The notes: generated by a model not told the origin, from the letters alone. A DNA stretch of 64,000 bases from Malacoraja senta (GCA_038087875.1 CM075987.1:27282001-27346000), one strand, 5' to 3'; positions 1 through 13,949 are shown, counted from the stretch's first letter. Translations and numbers: made by a program.

Positions 1-102
1 CAGCACCAGCGCAATGGAGTTCCCCGTCAAAATCCTGGCCAAACGAGAGAAATCAGAGTGACAGTCAGGTGTCTTCTGGCAGATCCTTTCGTACATCTCC
101 AG
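1..102 (-). CDS. PNPLA7: PNPLA7 coding exon (runs off window), start of patatin domain
   Basis: Minus strand after ttccag acceptor reads [34 protein letters not shown], the NTE-family segment preceding GGGGARG; phase 0 matches the upstream exon. Confidence 0.93.
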   Translation of the reverse strand, partial: MEMYERICQKTPDCHSDFSRLARILTGNSIALVL

Positions 103-1224
103 CTGGAAGACACAAGATCAAAACACACAGATGAATTCAGGTCAACAAATATGACACACCATGCAAAGGTATAATCATGCAGGTGAAGGAATTAGTGAGA
201 ATGAGAATTAATAATTTACCTTGTATGGGTGGTGAATCTGTGGAATTCATTGCCATAGACGGCTGTGGAGGCCAAATCAATGGATATTTTTAAGACAGAG
301 ATGGATAGATTTTTGATTAGTATGAGTGTCGGGGGTTATGGGGAGAAGGCAGGAGAATGGGGTTAGGAGGGAGAGATAGATCAGCCATGATTCAATGGCG
401 GAGTAGACTTGATGGGCCGAATGGCCTAATTCTGCTCCGAGAACTTATTAAAGCAAAGGTCAGACGAAATAACAACACGGCCAGTGTTCACTATATGTGA
501 ATATATTCAAAATCACAAAAAAGTGTATGACTCAATATCAGTAATTTACTTGCCGAGTTTTGTAAATGTCTTACTATTTGCTTTGAGACCCTACTTCATA
601 AGTTCACGTTACTAATCAAGAATCTGTCAATCACCGCCTTAAAAATATCCATGAACCTGGCCTCCACAGCCGTCTATGGCAATGAGTTCCAGATTCACCA
701 CCCATACAAGGTCAATTATTAATTCTCATTCTCACTAATTCCTTCACCTGCATGATCTGCCCTTGATGATCAATTATACATTAATTGTTCAGCACTAACC
801 ACTGCTCCGAGGATTCGTAATGCTTAATTCAATCTTTTTCATCTTGCCACAGCTGATGCTTTTTCAACGTAGGAGCCTAAAGTAACCCGACACTGATTTT
901 AATTTGAAACCGCTGGAATATTTACTCGGTACAGCCTAATTGCTGTCCGCAAACAGTTTTCAAGGTTATGGGACGAGATTCACTTGTTCATTCATTGCCC
1001 TGTGTGGTCAGTTCACTGGCATCTGTGATTGACATTAACTCCAATACAGTAGAGTCATGGAGTGATACAGTGTGGAAACAGGCCCTTCAACCCAACTTGC
1101 CCACACCGGCCAACAATGTCCCAGCTACACTAGTCCCACCTGCCTGCGTTTGGTCCATATCCCTCCAAACCTGTCCTATCCATGTACCTGTCTAACTGTT
1201 TCTTAATCAGTGACTCTGAGAATC

Positions 1225-1801
1225 TGAGGATTTCTTAATCAGAGTGCCTCTGAAGATCCTCCAGTGCGTCTACTCAGCGGCTGTGGAAAGCATCTTGTCC
1301 GGAAACATCACAATCTGGTTTGGGAATTGCTCTGCCCAGGGCAAGAAGGCTCTGCAGAGAGTAGTGCGTTCGGCCAAACGCACAATGGGAACTACACTCG
1401 CCCCCCCTGCAGGAACTATACATCAGAAGGTGCAGATCCAGAGCCAACAAGATCATGGGAGACCCCTTCCACCCCAGCAACGACTGTTCATGCTACTACG
1501 GTCAGGCAAATGCCTCTGTTGCCATGCTGTGAGAACAGAGAGGTCGAGAAGGAGTTTCTTCCCAGAGCCCATTAGGACTGTAAACTCCTATCTCACCAAT
1601 TTACTGTTGTGTTGTGTCTTTTTAAAATGGCTGTTTTTTCTTTTTTTTCCTCCCACAAATATGTAACATGTGAATATGTGATTCTGTTCCATTCCGTTTG
1701 TAGGTTTGTTTGTTTGTTTGCACAATCCGCGAGCATTGCCACTTTTCATTTCACTGCACATCTCGTATGTGGATGTGACGAATAAACTTGACTTGACTTG
1801 A
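1225..1801 (+). mobile_element. Rex1/Babar-type LINE 3' fragment
   Basis: ORF ..AVESILSGNITIWFG..KALQRVVR.A..RSFFP; AATAAA then (CTTGA)n tail. Confidence 0.75.
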
Positions 1802-2900
1802 TCATTGGGATAGTCCCAACCTCAACTACCTCCTTTGGCAGCTTGTTCCATACACCCACCACCCTTTGTGTGAAAAAGTTACCCCTCAGATTCCTACAAT
1901 CTGCCCTTGACGATCAATTATACAGCGGAGTCATTTGGATTCCAGCTATTTAAAGCTGGCGAGCTCAATCAATTATTTCTGCATTGGTCACTGCTGTTGG
2001 GAAGAATTTAATTTTCACATGAATTAGACATAATGTCAAATTAAATTTCATGCCAATATGGTCTTCGTGGTTTCCAGTTCAAAAATGTCAACGTAATTTT
2101 ACAATAATCCCAATCTCTAAACTAAACTAATTGGTTTGGGAACGGCTCCATCCAAGACCGCTAGAAATTGCAGAGAATTGTGGACATCACACAAACCAAC
2201 CTCCCTGCCATTAACTCCATTTATACCTCCCGCTGCCTCAGCAAAGGCCAGCAGCATAATCAAGGACGAGTCGCGCCCTGGCCACTCCTTCTTCTCCCCT
2301 CAGACAAAAGGTATAGAAGTGTGAAAACGCACACCTCCAGATTCAGGGACAGTTTCTTCCCGGCTGTTATCAGGCAACGTAACCATTCCATCAACAACTA
2401 GAGAGCGGTTCTGAGCTATTATCTACCTCATCGGACACCCTCGAACTATCTTTAATCCGAATTGACTGGACTTTATTTTGCACTAAATGTTATTCCCTTT
2501 ATCCTGTATCTGTACACTGTGGACGACCTGATTGTAATCATGTATTGTCTTTCCTGCTGACTGGTTAGCACGCAACAAAAGCTGTTCACTGCACCACAGT
2601 AGAGGTGACAATAAACTAATCTAAAACTAAAAGTAATTGTCAAAACTGGCTTGAGAATATGGCAGTTGTGTCTCTCCATACTACCCATTGATCAGAACCG
2701 TTCAGCACACAACCTGTTAAAATATCTTTCAGCACACACTCTCAAATTAATAAAGTATCATTATTGGGCCTTTGCTTCCGAGTGCCACAGCCTAAAGTGC
2801 TGGAATTCCACTTCTATTTCATCTCAAAACAATCCCTTAAATACATGGGACATCATCCAAACTTTAAATCAACTGCCTTAATCTAATGAGAGGTTTAGAC

Positions 2901-3198
2901 AGCACGGTGGCGCAGCAGTAGAGTGGCTGCCTTACAGCGCAGGAGATCTGGGTTCGATCCCGACTACGGGTGCCGTCTGTATGGAATATGTACGTTCTCC
3001 CAGTGACCATGTGGGATTTCTCCGAGATCTCCGGTTTCCTTCCACATTCCAAAGACGTACTAGTAGGTTAATTGGCTTAGAGTGATTGTAAATTGTCCCT
3101 AGTGTGTGCATGATAGTGTTAGTGTGCGGGGATCGCTGGTCGGCGTGGACTCGTTGGGCCGAATGGCCTGTTTCCGCGCTGTATCTCTAAACTAAACT
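2901..3198 (+). mobile_element. tRNA-derived V-SINE (HE1-like)
   Basis: A box TGGCGCAGCAG, B box GGTTCGATCCC, V-domain GTTCTCCC.GTG, CR1-like 3' end GGGCCGAA.GGCCTGTTTCC, (CTAAA)n tail. Confidence 0.85.
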
Positions 3199-3348
3199 AC
3201 ATTAGAGACTGGCAATCAAAGTGTTCTTGAGAATATTCCCATTAGAAACCTTCAAGTATTATGCTAAATCTATGTGGTAATATCAAGATGTTGTATTAAA
3301 CTCTACAATTAAGTCAATGGACCCAGAGAGGAGAGGGGAGCTACTCAC

Positions 3349-3531
3349 CAGTTTGGGCAGCCTCTTGTGAGAGAAGACTCTGCGGGGACAGCATAGGTGG
3401 AGGTGCCCCGAGCACCAGCTCCTCATGTTCAGCCACTCCACGGTGCGTGCCGGCTTTGGCCCGTCCTCCTTGTGGAGAAGGATGAGCTGCTTGAGAGCTC
3501 GCACGGCCGTGTTCTCCAACATTCGCTCCAG
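3349..3531 (-). CDS. PNPLA7: PNPLA7 coding exon
   Basis: AG/GT-bounded 183 nt: [61 protein letters not shown]. Confidence 0.95.
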
Positions 3532-3825
3532 CTGCCAACATAGCAACACAAGTCCCATTAGCAACACACATAGTGGGTCTGTTCACACGCATTCATTCTC
3601 CCAACGGCGGCATGGTGGCACTGCGGTCGGTGCCAACCAGGTGGGCCGAAGGGCCTGTTTCCGCGCTGTACCTCCAAACTAAAACCAAACGTGACCGTTA
3701 CTATTTCTCTTCATCGTGCCTCTACGAGGTCTATTCCTTCACAGCTCCTACTCCTATTGTGATGTTGTTGTGTACTGGGTCGGGATAGATATGTCCTGTT
3801 TATGTGCAGGAAGGAACTGCATATA

Positions 3826-4770
3826 AACCAGGGCATCGGAAATGTCTTCATTCTTCTGGGAACGGGGTTTCCCCTCCTCTACTATAGATGAGGCTCTCAC
3901 CAGGGTTTCTTCTATACCCCATAACTCTGCTCTCTCTCCCCATCCCCCCACTCGTAACAAGGGCAGAGTCCCCTTAGTCCTCACCTTCCACCCTACCAGC
4001 CGTCACATACAACAAATAGTCCTCCGTCATTTTCGCCACCTCCAACGTGACCCCACCACTCGCCACATCTTCCCATCTCCCCCCGTCTGCTTTCCGCAGA
4101 GACCGCTCCCTCCGTAACTCCCTGGTCAATTCTTCCCTTCCCTCCCGTACCACCCCCTCCCCGGGTACTTTCCCTTGCAGCCGCAAGAAATGCTACACTT
4201 GTCGCTTTACCTCCCCCCTCAACTCAATTGAAGGACGCAAGCAGCCGTTCCAGGTGCGACAGAGGTTCACCTGCACCTCCTCCAACCTCATCTATTGCAT
4301 CCGCTGCTCTAGTTGTCAGCTACTCTACATTGGTGAGACCAAGCGTAGGCTTGGCGATCGCTTCGTCCAACACCTCCGCTTGGTTCGCAATAACCAACCT
4401 GATCTCCTGGTGGCTCTGCATTTCAACTCCCCCTCCCATTCCGAATCCGACCTTTCTGTCCTGGGCCTCCTCCAAGGCCAAAGTGAGCACCACCGGAAAT
4501 TGGAGGAGCAGCACCTCATATTTCGCTTGGGCAGTTTGTACCCCAGCGGTATGAACATTGACTTCTCCAATTTCCGGTAACCCTTATTGTCTCCTCCCCT
4601 TCTCAGCTCTCCCTCAGCCCTCTGGCTCCTCCTTTTCCTTTCTTCTTCCCGCCCCCCCCCCACCCTACATCAGTCTGAAGAAGGGTTTCGGCCCGAAATG
4701 TTGCCTATTTCCTTCCCTCCATAGATGCTGCCGCACCTGCTGAGTTTCTCCAGCACTTTTGTCTACCAAG
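3826..4770 (+). mobile_element. Penelope-like element 3' portion (GIY-YIG endonuclease plus pLTR)
   Basis: RT-thumb-like FWERGFP..., Cys cluster CSRKKCYTC, NLIYCIRC..LYIGETKR.L..RF..H, ending G.L.P.GMN; followed by ctgaagaagggtttcggcccgaaatgtt; one frameshift. Confidence 0.9.
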
Positions 4771-5454
4771 GGACCGCAGATGCTGGTTTACACTGAAGAT
4801 AAGACACAAAATCCTGGAGTAACACATTAACACTACCCTACTCACACAAGGGATCATTTTCATTTATACCAAGCCAATTAACCTACACACTTGTACGTCT
4901 TGGGAGGAAACTGAAGATCTCGGAGAAAACCTACGCGGTCACGGGGAGAATGAACAAACTCTGTACATACAGCACCCGTAGTCGGGATCGAACGCAGGTT
5001 TCTGGCGCTGCAAGTGCTGTAAGGCAGCAACTCTACCGCTGCGCCACCGTGCTGCCCATATTATCAAATGATATCGTATCCATATATCTTATCTCTTATA
5101 TTACCCTTATATCTTATCAAGTCTGAAGAAGGGTCTCGCCCCAAAACGCACCCATTCCTTCTCTCCAGAGATGCTGCCTGACCCGCTGAGTTACTTTTAT
5201 AGACAATAGACAATAGGTGCAGGAGTAGGCCATTTGGCCCTTCGAGCCAGCACCGCCATTCAATGTGATCATGGCTGATCATCCACAATCAGTACCTTTT
5301 GAATCTACCTTCGATTGAAACCAGCATCTGCAGTTCTTTTCTACATATCTTATCAAATGGTTTTTTTCTGTCCGAAGACAAAAATCTATTGATATTCAGT
5401 TGTAAACAATGAAGAGGGGCAGGCAAACGATGGGCACGTCAGGCTTGGACCCAC

Positions 5455-5623
5455 CTCTCCCACAGTGGGCTCCTGTTCTCCCAGCCCAACAATCAGGATG
5501 CAGTCGGCCTGTCTGATGCAGCGCTGGGTCCAGGGAGTCATGCTGCTGTCAGACTGGTACAGCACGATGCGGTGGATGTCCTCCTGCTGTGCCAGCCAGC
5601 TCGACAGCCGATACTCGTGGATG
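5455..5623 (-). CDS. PNPLA7: PNPLA7 coding exon
   Basis: 169 nt, [60 protein letters not shown]; phases match neighbours. Confidence 0.95.
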
Positions 5624-8259
5624 CTGCAGGGTCACAAAGGTTTAGTCAAGCTGGGAGACCAAGCACCACTAAAAACCCACACAACTCCACGCAGTCTTTG
5701 ACAAGAGCAAACAAACAGCTTGAGGGGAAAAAAAGAGTCTGAAGAAGGGTTTCGGCCCCAAACGTTGCCTATTTCCTTCGCTCCATAGATGCTGCTGCAC
5801 CAGCTGAGTTTCTCCAGCACTTTTGTCTACCTTTGAGGGGAAAAAACGTCTTCAACACAAAAGAAAACGAAATGTGAATGGAATATAAATGTTAAGAGGA
5901 TGGACAAAAATATATTCCACACCGTAGAAGGAAAGAGACAATGCAATATATCCACAAGAAAATCAAGATGCAATTAAATGAAAATAAAAGAGAATTCTAC
6001 TGAATCTGGAACAACAAAGTGTAAACACTCAAGATAGACACAAAGTGCTGGAGTAACTCAGAGGGTCAGGCAGCATCTCTGGAGAAAAAAAGATGGGTGA
6101 CATTTTAGGTTAGGACCTTTCTTTAGACATCCATGTTCTCCAGAGATGCTGCCTGACCCACTGAGTTACTCCAACACCTTGTGTCCATCTTTGGTATAAA
6201 CCAGCATCTTATTACTAGTTGCTCCAGTTTCCTCTTGTGAAATCTGTGGATTTCATCTCTGGATCTGTGATTAGGTTAATGTTATGAATGGCTGTTTTCT
6301 TTCAGGCATTTTTCCAAGGAACCTGACACCAGAAGATCATGTGTAGGAAGGAACTGCAGATGCTGGTTTACTCCGAAAATAGACATAAAATGCTGGAGTA
6401 ACTCAGCGGGTTAAGGCAGCGTCTCTGGAGAGAAGGAAAAGTGATGTTTCAATTTGCGACACTTCGTCAGACTGAGAGTCAGGGAAGGGGAAACTAGAGG
6501 CATGAGAAGGTACAGATCAAAGCAGTCTACATCGATGACTCAGAAAAGGTGGAGCTCACAATGGTCCATTGTTGTCTGGGACAAATGATCATTACAGGGT
6601 TAAGCCCTGGCTGGAATGGATTACAAGGCTCAGTATCACATACCAAGAAACCTTCAGCAGAGAAGCAAAAAATATATATTCATTTCATGAGAATAGATAA
6701 CATCAGATTAGAAAGACAGGGCTAGAGGGAGTCTAGGATAAAGTTCAGCAAAGGATGAGGTTACAAAGTGTGAATGGAACAAAGGTCACTAAAGATAGAC
6801 ACAAAGTGCTGGAGTAACTCAGCGAGTCAGGCAGCATCTGTGGAGAGAAGGAATGGGTGATGTTTCGGGTTGAGACCTTTCTTCAGTCAGGGAATGCAGG
6901 CTGGGACTTTATTCCTTGGCATGCAGACAAAAGGTGATCCTAGAGAGATGCATAAGATCATGAGGGGAATAGATAAAGAATGAATGCAGAGCAGGGGAAG
7001 AAGGGTCTGTACCCGAAACGTCACCTATTCCTTCTCTCCAGAGATGCTGCCTGACTCGCTGAGTTACTCCAGCATTTTGTGTCTATCTTTGGTTTAAACC
7101 GGCATCTGCAGTTCCTTCCTGCGTAAAGGCCACAACTAGTTGGCATCAAAAGCTGTACGGGCTTCTGCAGTTCATTCCTTCTCATCTCCTTCTCCACCCT
7201 CACCTTGCCCTTGACCAAACCCCCCAACATTCTACACACCCACTAAAGGTCCAGTAATGTACCCAAATATTCCACACCAGCCTCTCACAGATATCACTCG
7301 ATTTTCTTTTCTCTCTGCAATATCTGCTCATTTTCCAGTTTTTAATTAACATATTTGTTTTTCGACTTGAGGGCCAGAGCCATGTTGAGCAGACTACGAC
7401 TCTATTCCTTGGAGCGCAGGAGGATGAGGGGGTGATCTTATAGAGATGTACAAAATGATGAGAGGAATAGATCGGGTAGACGCACAGAGTCTCTTGCTCA
7501 GAGTAGGGGAAATGAGAACAGGAGGACATAGGTTTAAGGTGACGAGGGAAAGATTTAATAGGAATCTGAGGGGGTAACTTTTTCACACAAAGGGTGGTGG
7601 GTGTATGGAACGAGCTGCCGGAGGTGGTTGAGACTAGGACTATCACAACGTTTAAGAAACAGGTACATGGATAGGACAGGTTTGGAGCGATATGGGCCAA
7701 ACGCAGGCAGGCGGGACTAGTGTAGATGGGACATGTTGGCTGGTGTGGGCAAGTTGGGCGGAAGGGCCTGTTTCCACACTGTATCACTATGATTTTATTT
7801 GCTGACGTATTTTTGATTCTGAAAATAAAATGTAACCAAATTATCAACGTGACTCTTCGAGCTGTGTTGATAGATGATTCTCTACTCTTTTCAGATATAG
7901 AATATGCAGATTTTGTCTTTTTTGGAGAAAGAGTAACTGCACTACTGCCAATCCTGAACAAGACTAACCTACATAAATTAACAGCAGGACGGTCAGTAAT
8001 CAGAAGACAAAGATATCCAGAGGGAATAGAAGCACATCGCATCAATGTGGACAATTGTTCGCATCTGAAACACGGCCTCAAGGTAGGGGGAGGAGACCCA
8101 TTGGCCTGGATTGTCTCCATAGGTATCAAGCAGCTTGGGACTCCTGTGCAAACACACAGGGTTGTGGGACTCCAGAAGATCAGGAAAGGTCTTCACCAGT
8201 GATCCGACAGGGGTCGACATTCAACTCCTTGTGGAATCCCAAGGGCAGTATTCTTTTTA

Positions 8260-8551
8260 ATTTAGTTTAGAGATACAGCGTGGAAACAGGCTCTTCAGCC
8301 CACCGAATCTGCACTGACCAGCGATCTCCATACATTTACACTATCCTACACACACTAGGGACAATTTACATTTACCAAGCCAATCAACCTACAAACCTGT
8401 ACGTCTTTGGAGTGTGGGAGGAAACCGAAGATCCCGGAGAAAACCCACGCAGGTCATGGGGAGAACGTACAAACTCCGTACAGACAGCACCCGTAGTCAG
8501 GATGGAACCGGGTCTCTGGCGCTGTGAGGCAGCAGCTCTACCCGCTGCGCT
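8260..8551 (-). mobile_element. V-SINE (HE1-like)
   Basis: Reverse copy of the 2901-3198 family. Confidence 0.8.
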
Positions 8552-9997
8552 CTTTTTCCTGACATACCCCAGCACTTGTAGTGTGGAAGCTGTCCTTTAA
8601 CCTGTTCCACATTAGACCTGATGCAGTTTTAGCAACTCCATTCATTTCCACAAGAGAAAAGGCTGCGTTATTTTCTTATGAAATTTAAATTAGGTTTAAG
8701 GTGAGGGGAGGGGTGGGGTAGATTTAATAGGAACTTGAGGGGCAACTTTTTTTTCCACAAAAGGAGGCGGGAATACGGAACCTGCTGCTGGAAGAGATAG
8801 TTTAGGCAAGTACTATCACAATATTTAAGAAGCATTTAGACAGGTACATGGATGACATTGGTTTAGAGGAAAGATAGACACAAAATGCTAGAGTAAGGAA
8901 TATTCCAGAGATGCTGCCTGACCCGCTGAGTTACTCCTGCATTTTGTGCCTATCTTCAGTGTAAACCAGCATCTGCAGATCCATCCTACACATTGGTTGA
9001 GGAGGATATGGGCCAAATGCAGGCAGGTGGGACTACTTTAGATGGGACATGTTGATCGGTTTGGGCAAGTTGGGCCAAAGGGCCAGTTACCATGCTGTAT
9101 CACTATGACGCTAAATTTATACAAGTTTCATATAGATGCAGCATAGAATCAGGCCTTTCAGTCCATGATGACCATCAAGGACCCACTTTGACAATCATCC
9201 TAACCCATTAAATTCTGCCCACATTTTGCCATCAACTGACCTACATACAAGGGCAACCTACAACCTACCAAGCTGCAGATGTGGAAGGAAACGGGAGCAA
9301 CTGGAATAAACCCATGTGGGCAAAGGGAGAATGTTCAACCTCCGTGCAGACGTCTTCGACAATTAAATATAGGAGGTTGTGGGCTGAGATTCCAGTCGTC
9401 CGTCTCTTCAAACCTCGCTGCAGTTTAGAAGAATGAAGGGGGACCTCATTGAAACGTACAGAATAGTAAAAGGCTTGGATCAAGTGGATGTGGAGAGGAT
9501 GTTTCCACTAGTGGGAGAGTCTAGGACCAGAGGTCACAGCCTCAGAATTAAAGGACGTTCTTTTAGGAAGGAGATGGGGAGAAATTTATTTAGTCAGAGG
9601 GTGATGAATCTGTGGAATTCCTTGCCACAGAAGGCTGTGGAGGCCATCAGTGGATATTTTTAAGGCAGAGATAGATAGATTCTTGATTAGTACGGGTATT
9701 CGAAGTTATGAGGAGAAGGCAGGAGAATGGGGTGAGGAGGGAGAGATAGATCAGCCATGATTGAATGGCGGAGTAGACTTGATGGGGCGAATGGCCTAAT
9801 TCTACTATCACATATGACCTCCCTCCCACTCTGACCAATATGTCTGCAGCCTCACTGTTCCAACAAGACACAACTGCTTCCACCCCCTCAAAAAGGATCC
9901 ATTGGAAAATCAGGTAACAAACTACCGATAAAACACTATTGGTTGGAGCAACCTCAGTCAGCGGTGGGTTGGACAAGCAACTGGCAAGTGCCTTTAC

Positions 9998-10061
9998 CTG
10001 TCGAAAGCCGTCGATCCAAGGCGCTGTTTGATGACATCGTTGTTCAGGAGCAAAGCAGGAC
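9998..10061 (-). CDS. PNPLA7: PNPLA7 coding exon
   Basis: 64 nt, ttttag/gtaaag: (G)PALLLNNDVIKQRLGSTAFD(S). Confidence 0.92.
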
Positions 10062-12027
10062 CTAAAACAAAAAACAAAATTCACGTTATGTTTTATTCAG
10101 CAAATTATACAACGTTCTGAGGACTTTTTGGCAACGTGACAGGTCATAAGGGATAGGAGTAGAATTAGGCCATTCGGCCCATCAAGTCTACTCCGCCATT
10201 CAATCATGGCTGATCTATCTCTCCCTCTCAATCCCATTGTCCTGCCCTCCCCATGACCCCCGACACCCGTATTAATCAAGAAATCAAGACGGGATCTCAG
10301 GTAGTCACTGAGATGGCTGATGGTTTTAATTTTCCAAAATTCCAGAGAATGAGGGGAAATTCTCAGTAGATTATAAAATGGCAAGTATCACACCCTTCTT
10401 CAAAAAGGGAAACAAAGCAGGAAACTACAGGCTCTCAACAACGAGAGAGCCATCCATCTGTCTCACAGGACTATCTTTCATCGCATTTACTGGACATTGT
10501 CTTGCACTAGTTCTTCCCTTTATCATGTATCTGTACACTGTGGACAGATCCATTGTAATCATGTATTGTCTTTGAAAGGGAAATATTGTCTGAGCAACTT
10601 ATTGGTTTGATGGGGGATTTTGGTCAGCATGGGCAGGTTGGGCCGAAGGTCCTGTTTGCATATAGTTTGACTCTATGACTCTCCCCACCTCAGTGCCTAC
10701 AGTTCCTTTAAACTAAACTAAACGGGTATGAAATGCTCAGCAGTGAATGGAATGGTCCAAGTCTGGCCTGCTTGCCGGGAGCGATCCGGCCCACTGCTGT
10801 ATCTCAGACAGACACAAAAAGCTGGAGTAACTCAGCGGGACAGGCAGCGTCTCTGGAGAGAAGGAATTGGTGACGTTTCGGGTCGAGACACCTCCTCAGA
10901 CCCAAAACGTCATCCATGCCTTCTCTCCAGAGATGCTGCCTGTCCCGCTGAGTTACTGCAGCATTTTGTGTCTGTCTTCGATTTAAACCAGCATCTGCAG
11001 TTCCTTCCGACACATTTCCGCTGCTATTTCTAATGGGCGAGGTGTCGAGAGTTGGTGGACAGATGCCGGGTGGTCGGCACGTTAACCAGAGATCAGCTGA
11101 TCAATCAGAAGGCACAGGTTGATCGACAGATGGGGACAGATTAATTGTCGCCTTCAAGGTGGCGAGCAAAGGAATCAAGAACGTGATTCTCCTTCCCCCC
11201 CCCCCCCCCCCGATAGGACATCAAGCTTGATTTTTGAAGGGTAAGAATTTTGATTTTAAAGTAGACGACCATGGTACATTGCTAAAGGTTTAAAGGCTGG
11301 GAATATTGTGAGCAAGAAGTGGGTAATGAATGAATGAAGCAATAACAATGTGAATCTGGTCCTTGCCCTTGAGTTTAGCTGGGAAAGTGAGCTCTTTGCC
11401 CGCTGACTGGGAACACGCATCATATAGATGGAGCCCCCATACAGACACATAATTAGATGATGCTCCACTTAACTGTAGATGAGGGGTGAATGCACAAGGT
11501 AACATTAGAAGCCACAGAGTTTTGTCGCAACTGATATTCACAGAGAAGGCAAGGAAGAAAAATATCACAAACTGTAATGGAATTTTAATTATTAGTACCA
11601 CTTAACCAAATGAAAAACCACTGCACACTGCTCTGCCTTTGAATATGCGCAATCATAAAAAAAATAATGTGCATTAGTAAATAGGTTAGCGAGTGTGATA
11701 CATTACAATGGGATGCTAGTTTTCAGCAGAGTTAGTCTAGAAAGGTCAGATGGGAGATTTTATTTGAGATGGGAGCCATTAAAAAGTAAAAATAATATGA
11801 TTATTTAAATTTTTAAATCACACCAAACCTTGCGTCAGATCTAAATTCTAGTTCTCATATCCACAGCCAACAACACAAACACTATCCGTACATAACAAAG
11901 GCAGACATTAGGTGAGTACGACACTGCTGCACTGCCCCAAGTTGGAAGAGATTGTTGGCGCTGGTCGGTGGGCCGGAGGGTCTGTTTCCGCACCGTATCT
12001 CTAAACTAAACCAAACTTTATAATTAC

Positions 12028-12315
12028 TGTCGGAGGGGATCTTGTGCTGCGTTGTGCTGTCCCCATACCCTGTATCTGACTTTATTCTGATAGACACAAA
12101 CACAGCTCGTAGATCAGTGGTGAGTCTATCGAACAAATCGGTTTATTGACCTTATCAATGAGCGAACCCAAAGTGTTTTATCAGTGCGCACTGTCAAGGC
12201 CTTCAATAAAACGCCTGCTTCGATAAACTCACCACTGATCTACCAGCTTTTTGTATTTTGTATCAGAGTAAACTCAGATACAGGGTACAGATATAGCGCA
12301 AAATTCCCTCCTACA
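12028..12315. repeat. ~290 bp imperfect palindrome (MITE-like)
   Basis: taccctgtatctga..agatcagtggtgagt.tatcgaa (12066-12133) mirrored at 12220-12287, with weaker outer extension. Confidence 0.7.
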
Positions 12316-13078
12316 AGGGAATGCACTGTGTTTTGGTATCTCCTTTATTGTCTTGGACTTGGAACACGCCCGGAGGCCTTTATCGAGACGTCGCGGTCTC
12401 ATTGCCTCCCGATCGCCTCGCGGGTCGCCCCATGGCCGACGGTCGATGAGAGCATGGAGGACCGTCGTGAGGGGGGAGGGGAGGAACACTGGAGGACCCG
12501 GCGTGGGGGGACCACTGTGTGGGGGGGGGGGGGAAGGGATAAAAGAAGGAGCCGGCGTGCTTTGTAACATTGTTAGTGCCGTAGGTGGCCACTATTTGTA
12601 TACATTGTGTACGCAGCAAAGAATCTCACTGGGCCTAGTCACATGGGACAATAAAGTATCCCAATTCCTATTATTCCAAATGCATTGCAAGATTCGACAA
12701 AGCCATCATAGTGTTTCCTCTCTGCATCTACAACATTGGGAGTGCCCACTGACTGACCGAGCAGTCTTCATTCGGGGTGAAATAGTGACCCATCAGTAGC
12801 CACTTGTGATGCAGGAGCACAGTCTGAATTCAAAGCTGTTTTCCTCCTGTCCTGACCTCAGGGGAAGGAGGACAAACAAGCAGCAATAGTGATTATGGAC
12901 TGTCGACCACTCCAGGACACTCGAGCTGCATGTCAATGCTTTTGCACAGCCTCATAATTCCTTCTGGGTAGACCATAAAGAGAGATGTCACTAATGCTGC
13001 AAAGGCTTCGACAGACAACAAACAGCATCCACAATTACTGGCAGAAAGATCTCACTCCCCTGCTGCCAACACTCACCG

Positions 13079-13393
13079 GTTTAGTTCTAGTTTAGTTTAG
13101 CGATACAGCACGGAAACAGGCCCTTCGGCCCACCGAGTCCGCACCTACCAGCGATCCCAATACACCGCACGCTGACGCTATCCTGCACACTAGGGACAAA
13201 TTACAACCTTTACCAAAGATAATCAACCTACAAACCTGCACATCGTTGGAGTGTGGGAGGAAACCAAAGATCTCAGAGAAATCCCACGCAGGTCACGGGG
13301 AGAACGTGCAAACTCCGTACAGACAGCAGCCGTAGTCAGGATCGAACAGAGTTCTCTGGCGCTGTAAGGCAGCAACTCTACCGCTGTGCCACC
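13079..13393 (-). mobile_element. V-SINE (HE1-like)
   Basis: Full-length reverse copy. Confidence 0.8.
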
Positions 13394-13440
13394 GGGCTGC
13401 CCTGGCGATTGGTAGAGTGGGTTATTTAAGTGCATCTTAC

Positions 13441-13593
13441 CTATGGCACTGAGGGCATGCCGGAGCTCCAGAGTGAAGGCGGTGATGGGTACCTCCTCGG
13501 ACACAGGCAGGATGGCGACGGTGGAGAGATTACTGGCAGAGCTCCCCACCAGTTCCCACTTGTTGCTCACCGTGTGGATGCCCAAGCCACGTC
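13441..13593 (-). CDS. PNPLA7: PNPLA7 coding exon
   Basis: 153 nt, AG/gtaag: [50 protein letters not shown]. Confidence 0.93.
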
Positions 13594-13646
13594 CTAACAA
13601 CGAGAAACCATAGAGTCGACCCAAGTTATGCAATAGCGACAGCTTC

Positions 13647-13949
13647 TTTAGTTTAGTTTAGAGATACAGCGCGGAAACAAGCCCTTCATCACACCGTGTC
13701 CTGGCCGACCAGCGATCTCCCCACCCACTAACACTATCCTACACACACGAGGGACAATTTACTATCTTCATCGAAGTGAATTAACCTACAAACCTGGCTC
13801 CTTTGGAGTGTGGGAGGAAACCGGAGCACCCGGAGAAAACCCACGCAGGTCACGGGGTGAACGTACAAACTCCGTACAGACAGCACCCGTAGTCGGGATC
13901 AACCCCGGGTCTCTGGAGCTGTGAGGCAGCAACTCTACCGCTGCGCCAA
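13647..13949 (-). mobile_element. V-SINE (HE1-like)
   Basis: Full-length reverse copy. Confidence 0.8.

Noticed and set aside
2901..2975. tRNA gene
   Set aside because: A/B boxes are the head of a V-SINE repeated many times in the window
7200..8202. 309-aa and 158-aa ORFs as genes
   Set aside because: They run through a CR1 3' fragment and AT-rich intron; no recognisable domain or splice logic
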